From an archaeon (GTDB taxonomy: Archaea > SpSt-1190 > DYHY01), in assembly GCA_043803745.1 (NCBI GenBank), contig JAZDJS010000049.1, positions 1 through 64,000 on the forward strand: a stretch of 64,000 bases of DNA, read 5' to 3'. Numbering within the stretch: the stretch's first letter is position 1; each line of letters starts with the position of its first letter. Shown here in pieces: positions 10,029-18,938 of the stretch. The notes under the pieces are model-generated. The model was not told the origin of the DNA, did not search any database, and saw nothing but the letters and a program-made list of their open reading frames with translations. Position numbers and translations under genes: made by a program.

Positions 10029-10492
10029 TCCGTTCTTTCCTCATCTCCTTTTTTTTCGCTCATCCTAAGAATTTCCAAGGAGAATGAGACCGGCTCAAGA
10101 GCCGGATAGATGTGCCTGGTTGTTTTCGGGGGGAAGGTTTTCCCGGAAAGGGCTGCCGAGAAAACAAGCGCCTTTGGGAACTCTTTCGAAGGGTCTGAAA
10201 AGTGAATGACCCTTACTTGGGAATAGGAAACGAGGATTGCCGGGGCGAAAAAGCATCCGAGGGCGCGCAACGCGCCGGCGCGATGGTGCCCGTCGAGGAT
10301 TGCGCGGCTATGGGAGTCTATCAGGACCGGGGGGCCGAAGAAGCCTTTTTCGGAAATCGAGCGGACGAGCTCCCCGAGGGTTTCGGGAATTGTTCGCTCA
10401 TGCGGCTTTAGGTCTGAGATTGGGACTAGGCGAACTTCCCCAAAAACGACCACCACGCGTTTTACTATTTTCAGCCATTGGCTTGCATTCAC
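10025..10492 (-). CDS. ParB/Srx-fold protein resembling SerK/SbnI free-serine kinase (start uncertain)
   Basis: LKPHE, PVLID..S..ILDGHHR, PPKTTRH; stop overlaps trpB2 start (ATGA). Confidence 0.7.
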   Translation of the reverse strand: MNASQWLKIVKRVVVVFGEVRLVPISDLKPHERTIPETLGELVRSISEKGFFGPPVLIDSHSRAILDGHHRAGALRALGCFFAPAILVSYSQVRVIHFSDPSKEFPKALVFSAALSGKTFPPKTTRHIYPALEPVSFSLEILRMSEKKGDEERTE

Positions 10493-10512
10493 TCCCTTGT
10501 TGTTTCATCCTG

Positions 10513-10531
10513 AAAACAAAAACACAGAAAA
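10513..10531 (-). terminator. U-rich tract after leader hairpin (candidate attenuator terminator)
   Basis: Minus strand TTTTCTGTGTTTTTGTTTT immediately after the 9-bp stem AGACTGTCC/GGACAGTTT. Confidence 0.45.
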
Positions 10532-10554
10532 TCCAAACTGTCCGAACCGAGAAA

Positions 10555-10590
10555 CTACCAGCGCCAACGGGACAGTCTGCCTTGGTACAT
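10555..10590 (-). CDS. Putative TrpL-like leader peptide MYQGRLSRWRW*
   Basis: ATG TAC CAA GGC AGA CTG TCC CGT TGG CGC TGG TAG; two Trp codons among the last three; upstream of serK-like/trpB2/trpS. Confidence 0.65.
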   Translation of the reverse strand: MYQGRLSRWRW

Positions 10591-10611
10591 TGAAGGTTAC
10601 TTGCCGGAAAC

Positions 10612-10632
10612 TTCCTTATAACGGTTTTGTCA
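10612..10632 (-). promoter_or_regulatory. BRE/TATA promoter for the leader-trp operon
   Basis: Minus strand ACAAAACCG TTATAAGG, ending ~26 nt upstream of the leader ATG; implies a leaderless start. Confidence 0.55.
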
Positions 10633-10707
10633 CCGGCGGAAGTTTGTTTTCCCAAACGCCCCTTTTTCTCTTGAAAGAGAAAACGTCCCTTGGGGTAAAA
10701 AAGAGAA

Positions 10708-11577
10708 CTAATGCTTGCGGGAAAGGACAAGGAAGGTCCCTGCGCCGAGTATTATCGCTGCTCCGACTGATTGGACAAAATTGAATCCCTCCGCCAGAAT
10801 AAAGTGGCCGAGAAGGGCGGTTAGCACAGGGGTTATCATTGATATCATGGAAAAGGAGGTAACTTCAATGTTCTGTATTGCCTTGGTAATCAGGAGAACA
10901 CATACCACATTAAGGCATCCAGAAAGAACCACGAACGCGGGAGCTTCCAAAAGGAGCCCGCCACCGAGAAAAAGGTGGAGGACGACAAGCACCCCGGCGG
11001 AAAACAGCATCCTTCCCCAGGTTATGACATAGGTGCCAAATTTCCAAAAAGCCTTCTTCTGGTAAACGGTTGAAAAGGCGTAGAAAGCGGCTGCGCAAAG
11101 AATTAGAAAGTCCCCCGCCGCGGGGACGAACGCTTGGCCGCCGGTCGAGAGCAGGTAGATTCCGGAGAGGAACGCAACAATCAGGCCGGCAGTCCTCGGA
11201 CTGATTCGTTCCCTGAGGAGGAAAAATGAGAGAACCGGCACAAAAACAACTGTTGACTTTATGATGAACCCGTAATTTATTGCTGCGGAAACCTTCAAAC
11301 CCCAATTGGAAAATATGTTCCCAAAGGCGATCGCCCCTCCAAGAAACGCGAAGGGCAGGAAGTTCCCCTTGGAAAAAAAGGGCGCTTTTATTTTCCCCAT
11401 TGCCAACAGAGCGTAGAGAGTTGTCAGAACGGCAGACACTATCTGGACGTTGACCGAGTATGCCAAGGGGTTCTCAACCCCCCCGACCTTGAATGCAAGC
11501 TTGTCAATGAAAATGTTGAGCGCCCAGAATACTGAAAAAGCTAGGGAATACACTAGCCCCTTTCTCGAAGCTATCAT
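10708..11577 (-). CDS. DMT/EamA family transporter
   Basis: About 10 TMs, two EamA repeats (FFLLRERIS, GDFLIL.AA, FILAEGF). Confidence 0.85.
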   Translation of the reverse strand: MIASRKGLVYSLAFSVFWALNIFIDKLAFKVGGVENPLAYSVNVQIVSAVLTTLYALLAMGKIKAPFFSKGNFLPFAFLGGAIAFGNIFSNWGLKVSAAINYGFIIKSTVVFVPVLSFFLLRERISPRTAGLIVAFLSGIYLLSTGGQAFVPAAGDFLILCAAAFYAFSTVYQKKAFWKFGTYVITWGRMLFSAGVLVVLHLFLGGGLLLEAPAFVVLSGCLNVVCVLLITKAIQNIEVTSFSMISMITPVLTALLGHFILAEGFNFVQSVGAAIILGAGTFLVLSRKH

Positions 11578-11644
11578 TGCCTCTCAAACTCCCGAAAGCC
11601 CGGTTTAAAACGCTTTCAAGACGGAATTGTTTATTTACCCGTAA

Positions 11645-12685
<1,041 letters not shown>

Positions 12686-12689
12686 GAAA

Positions 12690-13907
12690 ATGCTGCTTGG
12701 AATGAAAACCCTTGACGATATCAACGTCGAGGAAAAGACGGTCCTCCTTCGGGTTGACATAAACTGCCCGACTGCGGAGGACGGCTCGCTGCTCGACGTA
12801 ACACGCATCAAAGCAATAGTCCCAACGGTCCAGGAGCTTTCGGAAAGGAACGCGAAGGTGGTCATACTCGCCCATCAGGGAAGAAATGGGAAACCCGATT
12901 GCACAAGCCTGAAGAACCATTCAAAGGCGTTAGCAAGCCTCCTCGGGGAAGAGGTCCTGTTCGTTGACAAGCCATCAGGACCGGACGCGCTTGCAGCAAT
13001 AAAGAAGGCTTCCTGGGGGGACGTCATTCTCCTTGAAAACCAGAGGTTCGACGAGGCTGAGCAGGAGGAAAAGACCCCCGACGAGCATGCGAACGACAAA
13101 ACCATTCTTGAATTGGCAAAGGCTTGCGACGTTTTCGTCAATGATGCATTCGCAGCAGCGCACAGGAGCCAGAGGTCGCTTGTCGGATTCTGCCCGATCA
13201 TGCCCTCCGCAATTGGAAGGGTGATGGAGGCGGAACTTGGCGCGCTTGAGAAAATAGCAAACCCGGAGAAGCCAGCCCTCTTCATTTTCGGGGGGGCCAA
13301 GCTTGACGGGATTGAGATTCTTGTGGGGAAACTCCTGGATTCCGGGCGGGCTGACAAGGTAATTGTGACCGGGCTTACCGGCCTTGCGTTCGTCCTTTCC
13401 TCCGGGCATTCCCTCGGCCCAACTGACGGGAAAATCCAGGGCGAACTTTCCCTTGAGGCAATGGCAAAGCTTGCGGAGCTTGTCGAGAAATATCCGATGA
13501 ATCTGCTTCTCCCGGCAGACCACCTTGCCGAGAAAGACGGAGCGCCCCTGATAGTCAAGCAAGTTCCGACCCCTTATCCTATCTACGACATCGGCCCCGA
13601 GGCGGCAAGCCAGTTCACTGCGGAAATCTCCCGGGCGAAGACTGTTTTCGTTAGCGGACCGGCGGGGTTCTTCGAGAGGGCGGGCTTTGGCGAGGGGACC
13701 AAGAAAATCCTGGAAGCGGCTGCGAACAGGACCGGCGAGGGCGCGCACACGGTGATTGGCGGGGGACATACAAACGCCGCGATTTCTAAGCTTGGGCTTG
13801 ACGGGAAGTTCTCGTACCAGAGCACCGGCGGCGGGGCGCTCGAGGCTTTCATAACCGGGGAGAAGCTGCCCGTTCTCGAAGCAATTAAGCATTCGTTCAA
13901 GGGCTGA
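12690..13907 (+). CDS. pgk: Phosphoglycerate kinase
   Basis: LLRVDIN.P, LAHQGR, LLEN.RF, VNDAFAAAHR, STGGGA; start ATG 12690. Confidence 0.95.
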   Translation: MLLGMKTLDDINVEEKTVLLRVDINCPTAEDGSLLDVTRIKAIVPTVQELSERNAKVVILAHQGRNGKPDCTSLKNHSKALASLLGEEVLFVDKPSGPDALAAIKKASWGDVILLENQRFDEAEQEEKTPDEHANDKTILELAKACDVFVNDAFAAAHRSQRSLVGFCPIMPSAIGRVMEAELGALEKIANPEKPALFIFGGAKLDGIEILVGKLLDSGRADKVIVTGLTGLAFVLSSGHSLGPTDGKIQGELSLEAMAKLAELVEKYPMNLLLPADHLAEKDGAPLIVKQVPTPYPIYDIGPEAASQFTAEISRAKTVFVSGPAGFFERAGFGEGTKKILEAAANRTGEGAHTVIGGGHTNAAISKLGLDGKFSYQSTGGGALEAFITGEKLPVLEAIKHSFKG

Positions 13908-13913
13908 TTGGAA

Positions 13914-14297
13914 ATGACCGCACCGATAAAACCGACAATTCCTTTCTCCGACCTTGAGAAAATAGATGTCAGGGTCGGGACAATAGAGGCAATCGAGGAT
14001 GTCGAAAAATCCGACAAACTCGTCCGGATGATTGTCGATTTCGGCGATCACAAGCGGAAAATACTCGTCGGAATGAAGAAGGAGAGACCCAATGTTTCCC
14101 CCGAGGACCCGCCGCTCAGGAGAATCCGGGACGAACTCCTTGGAAGGCAGGCGCTCTTCGTCGTCAACCTAGAACCGAGGAAAATAATGGGAGAGCTTTC
14201 CGAGGGGATGATTTTCGATATCGGATATGCCGACGGGCTCCTGCCCGTTCTCGCAGTCCCAGAAAAGCCGGTGCCTGCGGGCACGCGGGTCGGGTAG
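13914..14297 (+). CDS. tRNA-binding OB-fold protein (Trbp111/CsaA-like)
   Basis: IDVRVGTI, DFGD..RKIL.G, FVVNLEPRKIMGELSEGM. Confidence 0.85.
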   Translation: MTAPIKPTIPFSDLEKIDVRVGTIEAIEDVEKSDKLVRMIVDFGDHKRKILVGMKKERPNVSPEDPPLRRIRDELLGRQALFVVNLEPRKIMGELSEGMIFDIGYADGLLPVLAVPEKPVPAGTRVG

Positions 14298-14347
14298 CGA
14301 AAATCAGTTAGATATTTATCCGAGAAGTTCCGGGGCGTTTTTCAGCC

Positions 14348-15301
14348 GTGGCCGAAACTCCGCATAAGAAGAAAAGGGCGTTCTCCCTCCCGAAGGAAAA
14401 TTTAAGGCTTCTTCTTGCGGCGATTAAGCCGATACCGTTCATTCCCTTCGAAGGAAGGTTCCAGGAATACAAGGGGAGGATCGCGCCCATGGAGAACCTG
14501 ACAATGATCTCTCCTGTGAAAAGCTTCCTTTTCCCCGACGGCGCTGAAAGCTTCCGCTTCAACCTGAAAGGCCAGGCTGTTGTGAAAAAGGGAAACGCGC
14601 AGAAGGAGAAGATAGTTTTTGGAGTAAATCCCCTCGACATTCTCGCGCTCGAAACCCTTGAGAGCATCTTCAGAAAGAACCCTGCATATTCCGGGAGAAG
14701 GAAGGCAACCCTGATTATCGGAATGGGCGACTATTCCCGGGCGGGAGCTGCCTTTGACGTTTTCTTCCATGACAACGGACTTGACTATCTTGCTGTTGCG
14801 GGAACTCCCCGGGGGGAAAGGTTCCTTGCCAAATACAGGAAATTCTTCGGGGCAACCGATACGCAGGTCCCTGAAACTGGCAGGAGGGATTCTCTACTGA
14901 TTGACCCCGAAAAGCTCCGAGAGGCGGTCAAGAACGCCCCGAAGGAAGTTTGGGAAGAGGTTGCAAGAACCTGCCTTGGCTGCGGGATATGCTCATATGT
15001 CTGCCCGCTCTGCTACTGCTTCGAGGTTGACGATTCGGTCCCGATTGGCGAGAAAACCGGCGCCCGCTGCACCCGCTGGGATTCCTGCATGCTTGAGAGC
15101 TTCTCGGCCGTTGCCGGGGGGCACGTTTTCCAAAAGGAGCTTTCCTCGCGGATAAAGAACTGGTATTATCACAAGTTCGCGCGGGCAACTGCTGAGCGGG
15201 GGACGCCGGACTGCGTTGGCTGCGACAGATGCTTCCATTTCTGCCCGGTTGCAATAAATTTCAGGGAGGTTTTGTCAAAATGCCAGTCGAAGAGCCGATA
15301 A
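14348..15301 (+). CDS. hydB: Group 3b hydrogenase/sulfhydrogenase beta subunit (4Fe-4S dicluster)
   Basis: CLGCGICSYVCPLCYCF, RWDSC, CVGCDRC...CP. Confidence 0.85.
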   Translation: MAETPHKKKRAFSLPKENLRLLLAAIKPIPFIPFEGRFQEYKGRIAPMENLTMISPVKSFLFPDGAESFRFNLKGQAVVKKGNAQKEKIVFGVNPLDILALETLESIFRKNPAYSGRRKATLIIGMGDYSRAGAAFDVFFHDNGLDYLAVAGTPRGERFLAKYRKFFGATDTQVPETGRRDSLLIDPEKLREAVKNAPKEVWEEVARTCLGCGICSYVCPLCYCFEVDDSVPIGEKTGARCTRWDSCMLESFSAVAGGHVFQKELSSRIKNWYYHKFARATAERGTPDCVGCDRCFHFCPVAINFREVLSKCQSKSR

Positions 15302-16086
15302 GGGCAAAGGTTGCCGAGGCGAAGCGGATTTCTTCAGATGTCATACATCTGACCCTGAGGCCTGAGAGACGGATGGAAAACTGGAAACCGGGGCAGTTCC
15401 TAATGCTTTCGGTTTTCGGGTTCGGCGAAATCCCGGTCGGGTTCGCGTCATATGGAAAGAATGAGTTCGATGTTGCCGTAAGGACGATAGGCTCGGTTTC
15501 CGGCAAGCTCTTTTCAGCTGAAAAGGGAGATTATGTTGGCGTGAGGGGCCCCTTCGGGAACGGATTCGATGTCAAGGCCCTGAAGGGACGGGATCTGATA
15601 ATGGTTACCGGCGGCTGCGGAATCCCGCCGTTCCGCTCCCTGATACATTATGTCGAAAAGCACAGGAAGGATTTCGGGCAGGTCTGGCTTGTCTATGGGG
15701 CGCGGACGCCGCAGGACCTCCTCTTCTCCGAGGAATTCCCCAACTGGGAAAAGTTCATGGAAGTGCTGGCAACAATTGACAGGGCCGCTCCTGGATGGGC
15801 GGGCTGCGTTGGCTTTGCGAACCAAAGGCTCGCGGACATCAAGCTCGAGAAACCTGAGAATGCGACGGCAATACTCTGCGGTCCCCCGATGATGTATCGG
15901 CCGACCGTCGAATCCCTCAAGAAAATGGGGCTTGCCGACCAAGACATCCTTCTCTCCTTCGAGCGGAGAATGAAGTGCGGGGTTGGCGTCTGCCAGCATT
16001 GCGCAATAAACGAGAAATACGTCTGCAAGGAAGGGCCGGTTTTCAGCTACAAGCAGGTAATGGAGGAAATGCCCGATGCGTTCTAG
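15280..16086 (+). CDS. hydG: Group 3b hydrogenase gamma subunit (FAD/NAD(P)-binding, 2Fe-2S)
   Basis: PGQFLML, RGPFGNGF, GGCGIPP, CGPP.M, ERRMKCGVGVCQHC. Confidence 0.9.
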   Translation: MPVEEPIRAKVAEAKRISSDVIHLTLRPERRMENWKPGQFLMLSVFGFGEIPVGFASYGKNEFDVAVRTIGSVSGKLFSAEKGDYVGVRGPFGNGFDVKALKGRDLIMVTGGCGIPPFRSLIHYVEKHRKDFGQVWLVYGARTPQDLLFSEEFPNWEKFMEVLATIDRAAPGWAGCVGFANQRLADIKLEKPENATAILCGPPMMYRPTVESLKKMGLADQDILLSFERRMKCGVGVCQHCAINEKYVCKEGPVFSYKQVMEEMPDAF

Positions 16087-16888
16087 CAAAAAGGCGGGTG
16101 CGGACTTGCGTCCTACAGTCCTCCGCAGAGGACTTGCGGACTTGCGTCCTACAGTAGCAATCTACGACCTTACCGACTGCGAGGGCTGCGAGCTTGCGTT
16201 TGTTCCGATTGTCGAGAAGATTTTGAAAAACGCGCGGATTGTGGAATGGCGGCTCGGACAGGAAAGGAAGATTCCCGTGGAAGGGAAAATCGACGTTTCC
16301 TTCGTTGAGGGCTCGCCAATGACTCCTGAAGACAGGGAGCTCATGATTGAGCTGCGGGAGAGAAGCAAGACAATAGTCTCACTTGGAGCATGCGCGTGTG
16401 TCGGCGGGGTCCCGAGCCTTGCTGACAAGAGGGTCAGGGAGAAATTCATGTCCCTCATCTATTCCCCGGAATACAAGTCGAAAAGCAATGTCCCGGCGGA
16501 ACCCCTTGACAGGACAATAAAGGTCGATTATTACCTCCACGGCTGCCCGGTTCTTCCGGAGACTGTCGGATGGTTCCTTGAGCGGATCCTCATAGGGAGG
16601 ATTCCGGACAAGTTCGGGGGATATCCGGTCTGCCTTGCATGCAAGGCGCGCGAGAACAAGTGCCTCCTTCTGGAAGGCAAGCCCTGTCTTGGTCCGGTTT
16701 CGGCCGGGGAATGCGGGGCGCCCTGCCCAAGCTTCGGAAAGGTTTGCTATGGCTGCACAGGAAGGGTCCGGGGCGCGAACATTCCCCAGATGAAAGCTGA
16801 GCTTGTGAGAATCCTGGGAAGTGAGGCGCTTGCCGAAAGCCATCTGAGGATATTTCTGAAAGACTGGAAGGTGGAGGAGAGAGGCTGA
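16076..16888 (+). CDS. hydD: [NiFe]-hydrogenase small (delta) subunit
   Basis: TDCEGC, VEGS, GACACVGG, HGCP, distal Cys cluster CLGP..AG.CGA.CP....CYGC. Confidence 0.9.
   Translation: MRSSKKAGADLRPTVLRRGLADLRPTVAIYDLTDCEGCELAFVPIVEKILKNARIVEWRLGQERKIPVEGKIDVSFVEGSPMTPEDRELMIELRERSKTIVSLGACACVGGVPSLADKRVREKFMSLIYSPEYKSKSNVPAEPLDRTIKVDYYLHGCPVLPETVGWFLERILIGRIPDKFGGYPVCLACKARENKCLLLEGKPCLGPVSAGECGAPCPSFGKVCYGCTGRVRGANIPQMKAELVRILGSEALAESHLRIFLKDWKVEERG
16099..16155. repeat. 21-bp direct repeat flanking a 7-bp hairpin inside hydD
   Basis: TGCGGACTTGCGTCCTACAGT at 16099-16119 and 16135-16155; AGTCCTC-CGCA-GAGGACT between; protein ADLRPTV-LRRGL-ADLRPTV. Confidence 0.9.
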
Positions 16889-16942
16889 AGCGGATGCCGA
16901 AGTCTGAACCCAAACCAAATCGGATGAAGTGAAGAAAAAATA

Positions 16943-18142
16943 ATGGCAACTGACTATATTTCAAAAATCGAGGGGCATGGGCGGATTGAGGTCGACTTTC
17001 TCAAGGGAAAAGCAGAACTGCACATAGAGGAAGGGGAGCGGCTTTTCGAGGGGATTGTCGTTGGCCGCAGGTATGAGGACGTCCATTTCATTACTCCGCG
17101 GATATGCGGGGTCTGCCCGACAGCCCATAACCTGGCGACAATACGGGCTATTGAAGATGCGTTCAAAATCAGGGCAACTCCGACAGCGGTCGCGCTCAGG
17201 AAGGCGATGCTTTCCGCGCAGATTGTCCAGAGCCACACGCTGCACCTCTTTTTCCTTGCCCTGCCCGACTTCCTCGGGGTTGATTCCGGGGCGGACCTGA
17301 TGAAGAAGAATCCGAAGCTGCTTAAGAAAATCCTCGCAGTCAAGAAAATGTGCGACGCGGTTCTTCGGGGAATCGGGGGGCGGGAGGTCCATCCGACCAC
17401 GACCATTGTCGGCGGCTTCACCCAGTTTCCGGAGTTCCACCGGGCTGAAGAGCTAATAGACCTTGCGCGGGAAACCATACCTATTGCTGAAGAGCTGATG
17501 GAGGTCGCCAAAAAGGCAATCGGAGATTTCGCGCCGGTCCACAGGAAAACTACCTACCTCGCCCTTGAGGATTATTACGGCGATTCCTTCGTCGAGACGA
17601 GCGAGCGAGCCCGCTTCGACCCGAAGAAATACCAAGAAAACATTTCCGAAACTGTCAAGCTTTACTCAAGCGCCAAGTTCGGAACCCATAAGGGGCGCGG
17701 TTTCCTCGTTGGCGCGCTTGCGAGGAGAATCCTCGCCGGGAAGATGCAGCCGACAACAAGCATTTTTGACAACAACATTGCCCAGGGAGAGGAGATTTTC
17801 GAGTTCACTGAAGAGATTGAAAAGCAGCTTGCCCTTGCAGTCTCGACAGGCCTCCGGAAGGATGACTGGTCCGTTCCTGTCGAGCCGAGGGAGAGCTTTG
17901 GGGTGGGGGCTGTCGAAGCGCCGAGGGGAACGCTCTATAACAAGCTCTGGTTTGATTCGGGCGGGATATGCACAAAGGCTGACATCGTCACCCCGACCGC
18001 GCAGAACCTGACAAACATCGAGGATGATGCAAACGCGCTCCTTGAGCAGAACCGGGGGAGGAAGACTGAAGCCGACTTAAAGAGGCTTTTGGAAATGCTT
18101 GTTAGGGCATATGACCCGTGCATCACCTGCTCGGTGCACTAG
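16943..18142 (+). CDS. hydA: [NiFe]-hydrogenase large (alpha) subunit, group 3b-like
   Basis: KIEGHG, L1 RICGVC, EAPRG, L2 DPCITCSVH directly followed by stop. Confidence 0.93.
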   Translation: MATDYISKIEGHGRIEVDFLKGKAELHIEEGERLFEGIVVGRRYEDVHFITPRICGVCPTAHNLATIRAIEDAFKIRATPTAVALRKAMLSAQIVQSHTLHLFFLALPDFLGVDSGADLMKKNPKLLKKILAVKKMCDAVLRGIGGREVHPTTTIVGGFTQFPEFHRAEELIDLARETIPIAEELMEVAKKAIGDFAPVHRKTTYLALEDYYGDSFVETSERARFDPKKYQENISETVKLYSSAKFGTHKGRGFLVGALARRILAGKMQPTTSIFDNNIAQGEEIFEFTEEIEKQLALAVSTGLRKDDWSVPVEPRESFGVGAVEAPRGTLYNKLWFDSGGICTKADIVTPTAQNLTNIEDDANALLEQNRGRKTEADLKRLLEMLVRAYDPCITCSVH

Positions 18143-18657
18143 CTCCGGGCAAGGATTTCATTCATCTTCTGAAAGAATGCTTCCTCGCCCTTCCGCCAGT
18201 ACTCGACAATCGGGATTTCAAGCACGTTTTCCTTTAGAACGAGTTCGAGCTCTTGGAAAAATATGCCTTTGGCAGCCACCCTTTTTGGAGAGCCCGCCTC
18301 CATAATGTGCGTGAAGTTTATCCCGCAAGACGGACTTCCTTTGATTCCAACGAACGCGAGAACGTTCTGGCCGTCGGAAAGATAGTTTTTAGCGATTGCA
18401 ACTTGCTCTTCTGCAATTCTTCGGCAAAGCTGTCTGAACTCGGTAGTGAAAAGCTCCGGGAAAATTAGGCAGTCCCGATTCAACCCCTCAAAAACGTATT
18501 CCTGACAGGGCATCTGAATTATTCCTATTTCTTTCGTCTGGAGCCAGTCGACAACGCTGTGGACGATTGAAGGATGAATCACCTCGCCGCCTTTGCATCT
18601 TGAGTTCGTGTTGAGGATGCAGTGGGAGACAAAAACCACTTTTCTGCTCTGCTCCAT
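18139..18657 (-). CDS. DUF523/TudS-related Fe-S protein
   Basis: VSHCILN, QMPC.E, GIKGSPSCG, GIF; start MEQSRK. Confidence 0.75.
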   Translation of the reverse strand: MEQSRKVVFVSHCILNTNSRCKGGEVIHPSIVHSVVDWLQTKEIGIIQMPCQEYVFEGLNRDCLIFPELFTTEFRQLCRRIAEEQVAIAKNYLSDGQNVLAFVGIKGSPSCGINFTHIMEAGSPKRVAAKGIFFQELELVLKENVLEIPIVEYWRKGEEAFFQKMNEILARS

Positions 18658-18713
18658 ATTGATTGAATGGGAACTGAAAAGTTTAAAAGAATGCCTGCTC
18701 GTCGTCCCAGAAA

Positions 18714-18938
18714 ATGTGCCTAGCAATACCCGAAAAGATACTGAAAGTCGACAAGAAAGCGAAGAAGGCAACGGTTGCCGGGGGGAAGAAGATAGACATC
18801 ACCCTTGTTCCGGACGTGAAGGCTGGCGAGTATTTGCTGGTACATGCTGGGCTTGCGGTCCAGTCAATGAAAGCCGAGGAAGCTGAAGAAACCCTCCGAG
18901 TAGCAGCAAGCTGCGAGCATTCACATCCGGGAAAGTAA
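18714..18938 (+). CDS. hypC: Hydrogenase maturation chaperone HypC
   Basis: MCLAIP N-terminus, GEYLLVHAG.A. Confidence 0.93.
   Translation: MCLAIPEKILKVDKKAKKATVAGGKKIDITLVPDVKAGEYLLVHAGLAVQSMKAEEAEETLRVAASCEHSHPGK

Noticed and set aside
8718-10492. tRNA-dependent Trp synthesis analogous to SepRS/SepCysS
   Set aside because: The TrpRS active-site motifs are canonical and nothing indicates phosphoserine charging; free-substrate salvage is simpler.
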